Below, piece after piece: positions 51,498-60,314 of a DNA stretch of 64,000 nt. Location of the stretch: the NCBI GenBank assembly GCA_964538765.1, contig CAZIHS010000003.1, forward strand, positions 631 through 64,630, written 5' to 3'. This stretch comes from an uncultured Gammaproteobacteria bacterium (GTDB lineage: Bacteria; Patescibacteriota; Microgenomatia; UBA12405). Each line of letters opens with the position of its first letter. The first letter of the stretch is position 1. The translations under genes were made by a program, and so were the position numbers. Below the pieces are notes generated by a model. It was not told the DNA's origin, made no database searches, and was given only the letters and a program-made list of their open reading frames with translations.

Positions 51498-52168
51498 AGT
51501 TGTTTTAACACCTCAACAAGATCGGCCGATAAATCACTCTTTGCCACCACTTTGTTTCCCTGCCTGTCTATAAACGACAGCTCGGCCGCCTCCAAAAATT
51601 GCCTCTCCAAACCTAACAGGCCGTGTCCACCATACAATCTGTCTCCCGCAATCGGCCAACCAAGATAACTAAAATGAACCCGAATTTGATGAGTTCGGCC
51701 TGTTTTAGGCCACACTTCCATCAAAGTATACTTTCTGTCTCGATAAAAATACCTATTTTTAACCATAAATACCGTCTCTGCCAATCTACCGTTAATCACC
51801 ACCCCAAAGCGCCCCAAACCCTTCAGCCTACCCACCGGCATCACTATTTCCCCACCAACCGCCTCCCCTTCCACCAAAGCCACATATTTTTTTATTACCA
51901 GCCTGTTTCTAAACTGCTTCTTTAACCAATCTAAAGTAGGCTCATCTTCAGCCACTATCACCAATCCCGACGTTCCTTTGTCCAACCGGTGAACCACTCC
52001 CCGGCGAACCAGTTTTTCCCCCCACCCCCTATCCTCCAGCCAATTTTCCACCGACAATACGGCCTTGTTTGCCACTCCTTCATTGGTAGTTAAAAATCCA
52101 GCCGGTTTTTTTATCACCATCCACCCGTCTCCTTTCAAAATTATTTCTAATTTACAGTTCTTTTCCAT
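51494..52168 (-). CDS. RluA family pseudouridine synthase
   Basis: VHRLDKGTSG, TGRTHQIRVH, GDRLYG. Confidence 0.95.
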   Translation of the reverse strand: MEKNCKLEIILKGDGWMVIKKPAGFLTTNEGVANKAVLSVENWLEDRGWGEKLVRRGVVHRLDKGTSGLVIVAEDEPTLDWLKKQFRNRLVIKKYVALVEGEAVGGEIVMPVGRLKGLGRFGVVINGRLAETVFMVKNRYFYRDRKYTLMEVWPKTGRTHQIRVHFSYLGWPIAGDRLYGGHGLLGLERQFLEAAELSFIDRQGNKVVAKSDLSADLVEVLKQL

Positions 52169-52530
52169 TCTATATACATCAAAACTAAACCCCCAAATAT
52201 TAAAAAATCATAAACATTATTACATAACCCGCTAAAATAACACCAATAGTCTCTCACGGCCCCAAAGGTCAGTCGATCACTTAAATTACCAATCCCTCCT
52301 GCCAACACCAACCACCCCCCGGCCAAAAATCCGCCACTTCTCCACCACCATATCCACCAAACCCACAAAACAAGTTGGCCCGCAAAACCGGCCATTTTCG
52401 GCCACCACCCGAAAGCCAATCCCCGGTTAAAAACAACAGCTCCACCCCTGGAAAAAACCTGATGGGCAATATATGTCACCACAAAAAACCCAAAAAACAG
52501 AAATAATTTATGACTCGCGTTCTTTAGCAC
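52147..52530 (-). CDS. lspA: Signal peptidase II (divergent)
   Basis: NRGLAFG, GGIGNLSDR, VRDY, NVYD. Confidence 0.8.
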   Translation of the reverse strand: MLKNASHKLFLFFGFFVVTYIAHQVFSRGGAVVFNRGLAFGWWPKMAGFAGQLVLWVWWIWWWRSGGFLAGGWLVLAGGIGNLSDRLTFGAVRDYWCYFSGLCNNVYDFLIFGGLVLMYIEWKRTVN

Positions 52531-52873
52531 AATCTATACAGACCGTTATTTCAGGAATTGAAGCCAACCTTTCCGTATCGATCATTTGGTTGCACTTCTC
52601 GCACACTCCGTACTTTCCAATTTTCATTCTGGTCAAGGCTTTTCTGAATTGAATAATCTGCCGGGCCACAAATCTCATCTTAACCTGCGCGTCAAAATGA
52701 CCAACCTGCTCATCAACATCCTCCTCAAAAGAGTTGTTGGTGGTCCTTTCGCTATCAGTAAACGGATCGGCCGACTTCACTCCCTTTCTAACTCCTTTCA
52801 ACCTCACAAGCTCCTTTTCTAAAAAGTTTTTTATTGGCAGCAACAATCGCTGCGGATAGGTCAAATTTGTCAT
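52508..52873 (-). CDS. DksA/TraR C4 zinc-finger protein
   Basis: YGVCEKC...I..ERL...P....CIDCA. Confidence 0.92.
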   Translation of the reverse strand: MTNLTYPQRLLLPIKNFLEKELVRLKGVRKGVKSADPFTDSERTTNNSFEEDVDEQVGHFDAQVKMRFVARQIIQFRKALTRMKIGKYGVCEKCNQMIDTERLASIPEITVCIDCAKERES

Positions 52874-53535
52874 TTTTTTCTCCTAAAATAAACCATTAAC
52901 CCCTCACCAACCTGACCCAAGATAAACAATCCAACCAACATCAGTATACCAATTAATAAATAAATAAACACCCAAACCAATCCCCGGCCAACAAAATAGC
53001 TGTAGGCGGCATAAATTAAATAAAACACCGCGTTACTCCACAAAAAAATAAAACCTTTTTTACCACTGCGATACCAACTATACGAGCGGTACTTCCTTAC
53101 CAGCCAAAGATTAATTATCCATATTCCCAGTAATATCACCGCTGGCACCAATTTTTCCACGCCTCCCCCCGTTCTCAAAAAACGATCTCCAAACATAAAA
53201 ATAAAAAAAACCACCCCAACTCCCGATATATCTTCCAAAAAAGCCACCAATTTCCATCCGTTTTGCAAACAAAGATAGTAACTCAAACCTAAAAACGTAC
53301 CATATCCAACCAACCAGTTTTCACCACCAAAGCGCCACACCAACGGCAAAGCCCCAAAACCTTCATAATAAACATTGATTGTTGCCAACCGCGAAGCCAC
53401 CAAAAACATCAGCATTCCAGACCACAAAAACAGTAGTATTTTATCTCTGGAGTAGTCATTCCTTAATTTTCTCCAACCGCCATAAAACCAGGCAAAAAGC
53501 GCTACTATTCTTAAAATTGCTATACCCATTATCAT
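52870..53535 (-). CDS. Lgt-like membrane protein (degenerate)
   Basis: TM pattern with ASRL; co-transcribed with lspA; start placed downstream of the tRNA. Confidence 0.5.
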   Translation of the reverse strand: MIMGIAILRIVALFAWFYGGWRKLRNDYSRDKILLFLWSGMLMFLVASRLATINVYYEGFGALPLVWRFGGENWLVGYGTFLGLSYYLCLQNGWKLVAFLEDISGVGVVFFIFMFGDRFLRTGGGVEKLVPAVILLGIWIINLWLVRKYRSYSWYRSGKKGFIFLWSNAVFYLIYAAYSYFVGRGLVWVFIYLLIGILMLVGLFILGQVGEGLMVYFRRKK

Positions 53536-53542
53536 ATTTTCG

Positions 53543-53626
53543 TACCGAAGCTGGGAGTCGAACCCAGATGGTGTCGCCACCACACGATTTTGAGTCGTGC
53601 GCGTCTACCAGTTCCGCCACTCCGGC
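53543..53626 (-). tRNA. tRNA-Leu(CAA)
   Basis: Minus strand GCCGGAG..., anticodon arm CACGA-CTCAAAA-TCGTG, long variable arm, GTTCGACT. Confidence 0.95.
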
Positions 53627-53685
53627 AAAACTATACCGACTATTCTACCATTCTCAAAGCCCACCACAGGTGTATCATTAAATTA

Positions 53686-54195
53686 ATGGTGGGATCAAAC
53701 CTGAAATATATTAACTGGATTTTTACACTAGCCTTTACTTCAATATTTCTCCTGACCACTCCCCTTTTCTGTCAAGCATCTGGATTCAACTTAACCACCA
53801 TCGGCAACAGTTCCACTCAAGGACGCGTTATCCATCAATGGTGGTATTCCGGCAACCAGCCAATTCTTCGCGGCGAAGCGGAACCCAACAGCCCAATAAA
53901 TATTGACATTGATGGCCAAATCGTTCAAATAAACGCAGACTCTAGCGGCAATTGGGATTTCGCCACCTCGGCCCTTGCCCCGGGAGATCACCTCCTGAAC
54001 CTGACCAACAACAATTCAACCATCAGCTTTACCTTAACTATCGGCACCGAATCTATCAACTGGAACGAGGCCGGAAAAAACCCTCCCGACACCCTGCCCA
54101 CCGTTGGCAATTTCACCTCCACCCTGGCCATCATCACCTTTGGAACTCTACTTCTAGCTTTCAGTCTCCTTTTTTCTCAACCTCAAAAAAGCTAA
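53686..54195 (+). CDS. Secreted Ig-like protein with LPxTG-like C-terminal anchor
   Basis: Signal peptide; P.LRG.AEPNS...ADSSGNW; LPTVG followed by a TM helix. Confidence 0.75.
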   Translation: MVGSNLKYINWIFTLAFTSIFLLTTPLFCQASGFNLTTIGNSSTQGRVIHQWWYSGNQPILRGEAEPNSPINIDIDGQIVQINADSSGNWDFATSALAPGDHLLNLTNNNSTISFTLTIGTESINWNEAGKNPPDTLPTVGNFTSTLAIITFGTLLLAFSLLFSQPQKS

Positions 54196-55471
54196 CTTGC
54201 TTCCCGTTGAAATACATATCCAAACTTCCAACCGGGCCATTTCGATGTTTTTCAATACTTAAAGTCACCGCTTCCTTAATTTCTTCATTTTCCCGGTGTA
54301 AAAACATTACCACGTCAGCATCCTGTTCTATACTTCCCGATTCTCTTAAATCAGAAAGTCTCGGCCGCCCTCCCCTGGCCTCCATCGCCCTGGACAGTTG
54401 GGCCGCGGCCAACACTGGTATTTTTAACTCTCGGGCTAAATTTTTTAACCCCTGTGATATTTCAGAAACCTCCTGAACCCGATTATCCCGGGTAGTTCCA
54501 TGCATCAACTGCAAATAGTCAACCAAAACAAATCTTATCCCTTTCTCCACCTGAAGCCTTCTGGCCCGAGTCCGCAGTTCGGTCACCGTTAATCCTGGAG
54601 TATCGTCAATATACAACGGTGCTTCAGCCAATATTCCATAGGCATCCGACAACGAAGACAAATCATCGTCATTCATCTGCCCCGTTTTTAACTTCCAGGC
54701 ATCCAGCAGACCCTGTCTGACCAGCAACCGGTCGACCAACTCTTCCTTGCTCATTTCCAAAGAAAAAATACAAGTTGGTATTTTTTCTTCAACAGCTATG
54801 TGTCTGGCGACATTTAAACCAAAAGCGGTTTTCCCAATTCCCGGCCTGGCCGCCAATATCAGTAAATTACTATCCTGCATTCCCGCCAAAAACGCATCCA
54901 GCGCTTTAAAACCGGTTGGCACCCCCCGCAAGCCTCCCCCCCGTCGCTGTATCTCATCAAGACGGTCAAAACTGGCTGTCAACACTTCCCTAAGCGAGGT
55001 AGGCACCGATTTCAAATGTCTTTGAGACAAACCATATATTTCCTGTTCCGCCAAATCTAAAAGTTGGTCTGCCGGCAACGATTCGTCAAAGGCCTTTTCA
55101 CTAATTCTGGCCGCCGCTGATATCAACTCTCTCTTTGCCGCCAAAGATCTGATGATTGCCCCATACGCCTCAACGTTTGCCGAAGTTGGCACCTCATTGG
55201 CCAGCTTGGCTAAAAACGCCTTGCCGCCAACCTGCTTTAGCGATTTCATCTCCTTCAGTTTTTCTGCCACCGTCACAATATCTATAGGTTCCCTGGCCTC
55301 ATAAAGTGAAAACATCGCCTCATAAATGTTGCCCAGGTTAAGGTCATAAAAATGCGACGGTTTCAAAAAATCTGACACCACCAGCAAAGCCTCGTTATCA
55401 ATCAAAATCGACCCCAAAAGTGACATCTCAGCCTCAACTGAACTTGGAGGAACCTTCATTATCGACTTCAT
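54161..55471 (-). CDS. dnaB: Replicative DNA helicase
   Basis: ARPGIGKT, VDYLQL, LSDLRESGSIEQDAD, KHRNGP. Confidence 0.98.
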   Translation of the reverse strand: MKSIMKVPPSSVEAEMSLLGSILIDNEALLVVSDFLKPSHFYDLNLGNIYEAMFSLYEAREPIDIVTVAEKLKEMKSLKQVGGKAFLAKLANEVPTSANVEAYGAIIRSLAAKRELISAAARISEKAFDESLPADQLLDLAEQEIYGLSQRHLKSVPTSLREVLTASFDRLDEIQRRGGGLRGVPTGFKALDAFLAGMQDSNLLILAARPGIGKTAFGLNVARHIAVEEKIPTCIFSLEMSKEELVDRLLVRQGLLDAWKLKTGQMNDDDLSSLSDAYGILAEAPLYIDDTPGLTVTELRTRARRLQVEKGIRFVLVDYLQLMHGTTRDNRVQEVSEISQGLKNLARELKIPVLAAAQLSRAMEARGGRPRLSDLRESGSIEQDADVVMFLHRENEEIKEAVTLSIEKHRNGPVGSLDMYFNGKQVSFFEVEKKGD

Positions 55472-56028
55472 TTTTTCAAACTGTTTTTCAACAGCACAAT
55501 TTCCAAACCATCGGGTAAATCACCTTCAACAGCATTCAACTGATCCACCGCCTCCTGACCCTCTATGTCCGCTTCGTCCAAAAATTCCGAAAGTTTACTC
55601 TCATCCTTTCCAGGTATTGGAACTAAATAGTTTACTCCCCACGTTTTGGCCAGGCCTAAAATCTTTTTTGTTTCCAAAGACGGTAAATACACCATCAAGA
55701 CATCTAAACTTCCAATTTTTTCTATTTTCTTGTCCTTCAAATCCTCTTTTAACTCTGGCATCAGGCCAATTCTCAAACCGTCCGCCTCAATTACCACCAT
55801 TACCCCCTCCCCTGCCTTTGTCCCCCACAAAACCACTCCTCCCGCTTCATATTCGCCCGGACCCGACACCAGCAATTTATCCTTCAACCACTGTCCCGAC
55901 CGGCTGCTATCAGTATAAACCACAATTCTTGCTTCAGCCCAAAAATCCGCCTTCTCAGGGTTAACCACCACCGTTTCTTTTTTAGATTTTATAACAACCG
56001 TTCTCTCACCAGGCCATTTTATTTCCAT
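55468..56028 (-). CDS. MBL-fold protein lacking metal-binding His residues
   Basis: MEI.W.G, GPGEYE.GG, LDVLMV; no HxHxDH. Confidence 0.65.
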   Translation of the reverse strand: MEIKWPGERTVVIKSKKETVVVNPEKADFWAEARIVVYTDSSRSGQWLKDKLLVSGPGEYEAGGVVLWGTKAGEGVMVVIEADGLRIGLMPELKEDLKDKKIEKIGSLDVLMVYLPSLETKKILGLAKTWGVNYLVPIPGKDESKLSEFLDEADIEGQEAVDQLNAVEGDLPDGLEIVLLKNSLKK

Positions 56029-56075
56029 AGTCCAATTCTATCACCCTTAAAGCTGTGTTATCATTCAAAAGTAAA

Positions 56076-56534
56076 ATGATAAGAGAGCTGGTTCTCGCCA
56101 TCGGTCTTGGCGCCATACTTGGTTTTGGCCTAACAGGGAGTTATTTTACCCTTAAAAAGTACCAAAACTCATCCCCAGCCCCCACCCCCTCTATCGCCGT
56201 TTCCCCCATTCCATCAAACAATAATCCATCCACCATCCAACCGACCAAAGAGCCTGATTCGGCCCCGGCCACTCTAACCATCGACTCCCCATCACCAGAC
56301 AGCGTCGTCAACAACTCAAAAGTCACCATAAAAGGTAGTTTTCAGCCCAATTCAAACATTCTGATCTTCACTCCCATCGACGGCTATCAAATAAAAACCG
56401 ACTCTTCGGGCAATTTCAGCTCCAGCATTGAAATTGAGTCTGGCTTCAACACCATTTATATTTCGGCCCTCGATCCTCAAAACAACCAAACAGACTCTCA
56501 ACTAAACATTACCTACACCACTGCCACGATATGA
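56076..56534 (+). CDS. Membrane-anchored Ig-like protein
   Basis: TM helix, P/S/T linker, LTIDSP...G.NTI.I.A.D. Confidence 0.75.
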   Translation: MIRELVLAIGLGAILGFGLTGSYFTLKKYQNSSPAPTPSIAVSPIPSNNNPSTIQPTKEPDSAPATLTIDSPSPDSVVNNSKVTIKGSFQPNSNILIFTPIDGYQIKTDSSGNFSSSIEIESGFNTIYISALDPQNNQTDSQLNITYTTATI

Positions 56535-57238
56535 GAATATTTACTTTTATTTCTGGAATCTTCATTATCTTTCTTTCTAACCTCGTCAAAGTTAACGCCC
56601 TAACCCCCACCATCTCTTCCCCATCGGCAACTCCGACCTCTGTAAATCAGGTAGATAAGGACATCCAAAGAATCAGGGAAGCAGTACAGCAAAAAGTCAT
56701 CGAAAAACTTAAAAATATCACCAGTCAGGACCCCAGCCAAGCAAAAAAAGGGTACCTCGGTAAAATCACAACGCTTGAACCCACCAAGCTAACTCTCGAT
56801 CTTAAAGATTCAACACCCCTGATTCTCCAGGTTACTCCAAACACCACTATCATCGACTCCAACCGCAACAAAACAATAGTCGACAAACTGAAAATTGGCC
56901 AAACTGTCTTGGCTATGGGTTATCTTCAGGCCGACAGCAGCCTCGACACCAAACGAATAGTTGTGGTTGACCCCAAAACATTCAACCCCCCGCCGATCAT
57001 CGCCATTGGTAAAGTTGTCGATGTCTCCCAATCAACCTCGGTTTTTAGTCTCATCCCCTTCAACAATAAAAACCAGCAGTTTCAAATATCCCAAACAAAA
57101 ACCTCCCGGCTATACCAAAACGGGGAAAAAGTTGATAGTTCAAAACTAAAGGCCGGCCAAAAAGTAGCCACCATTCTTAAATCGGACCCTAAATCAACCA
57201 AGAACTACCTGGCCCTGAAAATATATATTTTGGACTAA
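56531..57238 (+). CDS. Secreted protein with two OB-like beta-barrel repeats
   Basis: Signal peptide; two G.I/V...T......LK.GQ.V repeats. Confidence 0.75.
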   Translation: MRIFTFISGIFIIFLSNLVKVNALTPTISSPSATPTSVNQVDKDIQRIREAVQQKVIEKLKNITSQDPSQAKKGYLGKITTLEPTKLTLDLKDSTPLILQVTPNTTIIDSNRNKTIVDKLKIGQTVLAMGYLQADSSLDTKRIVVVDPKTFNPPPIIAIGKVVDVSQSTSVFSLIPFNNKNQQFQISQTKTSRLYQNGEKVDSSKLKAGQKVATILKSDPKSTKNYLALKIYILD

Positions 57239-57246
57239 ACATCGTC

Positions 57247-57447
57247 TTGTTTAAAATTAAACTTCTTCCTGTCAAACCTTTTCAGGAAACGCTCCGCGGC
57301 AGTTTTTGTGGACCGGCAGTTATTAAATTAATTCTTAACTTATACGGCATCAAAAAAACAAAGGCCGAAGTTACCACCCCTTCCAATAAACACGATACTC
57401 TTGGAATTAACGACAGCGACATTAAAAGAGTTGAGAGTTTGGTTTGA
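57247..57447 (+). pseudogene. Truncated peptidase C39-like remnant
   Basis: FQE.....CGPA catalytic Cys motif, but stops after 66 aa. Confidence 0.55.
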
Positions 57448-57750
57448 TTTCTCTTCGGATCATATCGAAAAACGGAACGACGTGATAACAAAACAGTGGA
57501 TTGCTGTCTATAAAAGTAGAACACCGGCTAAATATTTCTCCCAATTACGCAGTTTGAGTACAACTCGGTTCTAAGATCTCAGCATCAGCAACCCCAAAAT
57601 ATTAGATTCAATAAATTAAACACGGATCTTTCTGTGTAATATCTATTTTCTCGAAATTATCCTTTCGGCCAACACCAGTGTCAAGTTAACTAGTTTTTTT
57701 CTGTCGTTGTTTTTCGACCCAATCAACAACACTACCATAGGCCAACCTTT

Positions 57751-57861
57751 TCAAATTTTGAATGGCCCAGACAGTATATCCCTCCACTTGCAAAATTCAA
57801 CGGGACAATCCATGGGGTAACAAGAACATTTGACGACACTACAATACTCACCCTCACTCAT
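57751..57861 (-). CDS. Possible small Cys-rich peptide (36 aa)
   Basis: MSEGEYCSVVKCSCYPMDCPVEFCKWRDILSGPFKI. Confidence 0.3.
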   Translation of the reverse strand: MSEGEYCSVVKCSCYPMDCPVEFCKWRDILSGPFKI

Positions 57862-57959
57862 AATGGATTATAGTATTACATACTATTCCGAAAAGCATCT
57901 AATTACTGAAAGTGTCACATATTTCCAATATAACCAAAAAATCGCCTCCATATGTCTTA

Positions 57960-57987
57960 TTGACAACCACCCTACTTGCGGTAAAAT
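57960..57987 (+). promoter_or_regulatory. Sigma70-type promoter
   Basis: TTGACA-16 nt-TAAAAT; GTG 6 nt downstream. Confidence 0.7.
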
Positions 57988-57993
57988 CTACCT

Positions 57994-58035
57994 GTGGACT
58001 ACACCAGCACCGCACATCGCCATAGTCTCTCCTAA
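57994..58035 (+). CDS. Putative His leader peptide 1 (MDYTSTAHRHSLS)
   Basis: Leaderless GTG; CAT-CGC-CAT; stop abuts the antiterminator arm. Confidence 0.6.
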   Translation: MDYTSTAHRHSLS

Positions 58036-58036
58036 A

Positions 58037-58084
58037 AGGGGCGGTTGTCCGTGTTGTTAGAGACCGCCTCTCGGCGGTTTTTTT
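58037..58084 (+). promoter_or_regulatory. Attenuator directly upstream of tRNA-His
   Basis: AGGGGCGGTT(58037-46) pairs with GACCGCCTCT(58062-71); alternatively ACCGCC-TCTC-GGCGGT followed by T6. Confidence 0.75.
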
Positions 58085-58086
58085 AT

Positions 58087-58160
58087 GGTGGCTGTAGCTC
58101 AGTTGGTAGAGCGCTTGCCTGTGGAGCAAGTGGCCGCGGGTTCGAGTCCCGTCAGTCACC
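58087..58160 (+). tRNA. tRNA-His(GTG)
   Basis: G-1:C73; anticodon arm CTTGC-CTGTGGA-GCAAG; GTTCGAGT T-loop. Confidence 0.96.
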
Positions 58161-58164
58161 CAAA

Positions 58165-58245
58165 ATGATCAAAAAATTTCAAAAAATTAGTCAACATCAT
58201 CGCCATCCGTCGATCAAGCAACCGGCGGGGTGTGGCTTGGTCTAA
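58165..58245 (+). CDS. Putative His leader peptide 2 (MIKKFQKISQHHRHPSIKQPAGCGLV)
   Basis: ATG 4 nt after the tRNA; CAT-CAT-CGC-CAT; internal GGCGGGG is complementary to the next hairpin. Confidence 0.55.
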   Translation: MIKKFQKISQHHRHPSIKQPAGCGLV

Positions 58246-58262
58246 AAACATTCCTTTGTTCT

Positions 58263-58297
58263 CACAAACCCCCGCCAACAGCGGGGGTTTGTGTTGA
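58263..58297 (+). terminator. Terminator-like hairpin of attenuator 2
   Basis: CACAAACCCCCGC-CAACA-GCGGGGGTTTGTG-TTG. Confidence 0.65.
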
Positions 58298-58550
58298 CCG
58301 CCGCCAAATTATTACATTCATATCAAAAAAAATTTTATGACAGAAAATATTAATAATCCTTCCTTAATTGATCCTCGACGTTTAGAAATCAGCGCCCTTT
58401 TTGTAGACCAGATACCTTCTTCGATTCGGGCCCCACTGGAGAAATGGTAACAACGTATGGGCCAGAAACCGATATTGAAATAATCCCTCCGGGTTGTGGG
58501 GACGATACAAACAACAAAGAAAGAGGTGGACACTAAATTATTGATCAACT

Positions 58551-58578
58551 GGGCGCCCCGAATATTTTCGGGGCGCCC
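58551..58578. other. 12-bp perfect GC-rich hairpin upstream of hisS
   Basis: GGGCGCCCCGAA-TATT-TTCGGGGCGCCC. Confidence 0.7.
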
Positions 58579-58612
58579 CAACAAACCTAATTATTAATTG
58601 TTAAAATCAACC

Positions 58613-59851
58613 ATGAAACAAACTCCTCAAACCCTAAAAGGTTTTCGCGATTTTTTGCCCCAAAATTTAGCCATCAGAAACTATGTTAAAAGCATATTTG
58701 TCCAAACCTTTGAAAATTTTGGTTTCGAACCTCTCGAAACCCCCGCTCTCGAATACGCCTCCACCCTTTTGGGCAAATACGGTCAAGAAGCCGACAAGCT
58801 GGTCTATAAATTTACCGATCAGGGCGACCGAGAAATTGGTCTCCGCTACGATCTCACCGTCCCCGTTTCTAAAGTCCTGGCTATTTATCAAAACCAAATC
58901 CCCCTACCCTTCAAGCGGTACCAAATCCAGCCGGTTTGGCGGGCCGAAAAACCCCAAAAGGGCAGATACAGGGAAATTCTCCAGTGCGACATCGACACTT
59001 TTGGCCCAAAAAGCCCCATAAACGACGCCGAAATTATCGCCGTAATCTATCAAATACTGAAACAACTAAATTTCAATAAATACTCTATCCGTCTCAACAG
59101 CAGAATCGTTTTATCCCAAATTCTTAACCAAGCCGGTATTTCGGAAAATCAGCAATCAATCCTTCAAAGCCTCGACAAAACTCAAAAAATCGGTCAGGAG
59201 GGTGTTTCAACCGAGTTGATCCAAAAAGGTCTTTCCCAAAGCCAAATCGATCTTCTCTATTCTTCGATTGGGTCAGCCAAACCAGACCCATACCTCCAAT
59301 CGGTGATCGAAAACCTAAAAGCATTCGACCTGCCCCAAGAAGTTTATGTTTTTGATCCTACCATGATCCGCGGTCTTGACTATTACACCGGCCCAATATT
59401 TGAAACCTACGTTGAAAAACCAAAAATCGGTTCCATCACCGGAGGAGGCCGCTATGACAACCTCATCGAAACCCTCGGCGGGCCACCCATCCCTGCCGTC
59501 GGCACCACCATCGGCCTAGACCGCATCGTCGACGTCATCAGCGAGCTCAACCTCCTCCCCAATATCCCCAAAACTTCTACCAAGATAATGGTTGCCAATT
59601 TTGGCCCCGACACCGAAAATGAATCTCTAAAACTGGCTTCAGCATTGCGTGGTCAAAACATCACCACCCTCCTCTACCCCAACGCCGATAAATTAAGCAA
59701 ACAATTTAAATACGCCAGCGACAAGAGCATTCCATTCGTTGCCGTTATTGGCCCTGACGAAGCAAGCAACAATTTGGTCTCTCTCAAAAACATGAACACC
59801 GGAGAGCAAAAAACCATTTCGACATCAGATCTTCTGGCTCAACTCTCTTGA
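58613..59851 (+). CDS. hisS: Histidine--tRNA ligase
   Basis: KGFRDFLP, LRYDLTVP, RAEKPQKGRYRE, RGLDYYTG, GGGRYD. Confidence 0.98.
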   Translation: MKQTPQTLKGFRDFLPQNLAIRNYVKSIFVQTFENFGFEPLETPALEYASTLLGKYGQEADKLVYKFTDQGDREIGLRYDLTVPVSKVLAIYQNQIPLPFKRYQIQPVWRAEKPQKGRYREILQCDIDTFGPKSPINDAEIIAVIYQILKQLNFNKYSIRLNSRIVLSQILNQAGISENQQSILQSLDKTQKIGQEGVSTELIQKGLSQSQIDLLYSSIGSAKPDPYLQSVIENLKAFDLPQEVYVFDPTMIRGLDYYTGPIFETYVEKPKIGSITGGGRYDNLIETLGGPPIPAVGTTIGLDRIVDVISELNLLPNIPKTSTKIMVANFGPDTENESLKLASALRGQNITTLLYPNADKLSKQFKYASDKSIPFVAVIGPDEASNNLVSLKNMNTGEQKTISTSDLLAQLS

Positions 59852-60026
59852 TTCCTTCAAATCTTCCAAATTCCCTATCATAGGTAACTGTTTAATACGT
59901 TACTTTTTTAAGAAGTTCTTCCGGGAAGTAACCCAGCTTCCTGCTTAAAATCGAAATTGTGTATGCCGTAAAACGATCGTATCATAATTCTCACAATTCT
60001 ATGGTATATTTGTTATAATTACCCCT

Positions 60027-60314
60027 ATGAAACCATCGATTCATCCAAAATATTATTCCGATTGTGCCGTTAGTTGCGCCTGTGGCCACCAGTTTACCAC
60101 CGGTTCAACTCTTCCCAAAATCGAGGTGGAAGTTTGTTCCCACTGCCACCCCTTCTTTACCGGCCAGCAAAAATTTGTTGACACCAAAGGCCGCATTGAA
60201 AAATTCCGTGACAAAGTCACCCGCGGCAAAAGCTACCTTTCCCAAAAAACAGCCAAAACCTCCAAAAAGATCTCTCTAAAGGCAAAAAAGAAGAGTCGAA
60301 ATGCCCAATCTTAA
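60027..60314 (+). CDS. rpmE: 50S ribosomal protein L31 with basic tail
   Basis: [27 protein letters not shown]. Confidence 0.97.
   Translation: MKPSIHPKYYSDCAVSCACGHQFTTGSTLPKIEVEVCSHCHPFFTGQQKFVDTKGRIEKFRDKVTRGKSYLSQKTAKTSKKISLKAKKKSRNAQS

Noticed and set aside
53536-53685. ORF extensions 52870-53583 and 53590-54195 across the tRNA
   Set aside because: They overlap tRNA-Leu; downstream ATGs give sensible proteins.
57899-58245. Track ORFs 57899-58159 and 58045-58245
   Set aside because: They are translations through tRNA-His; only the ATG 58165 portion is retained, as a leader candidate.
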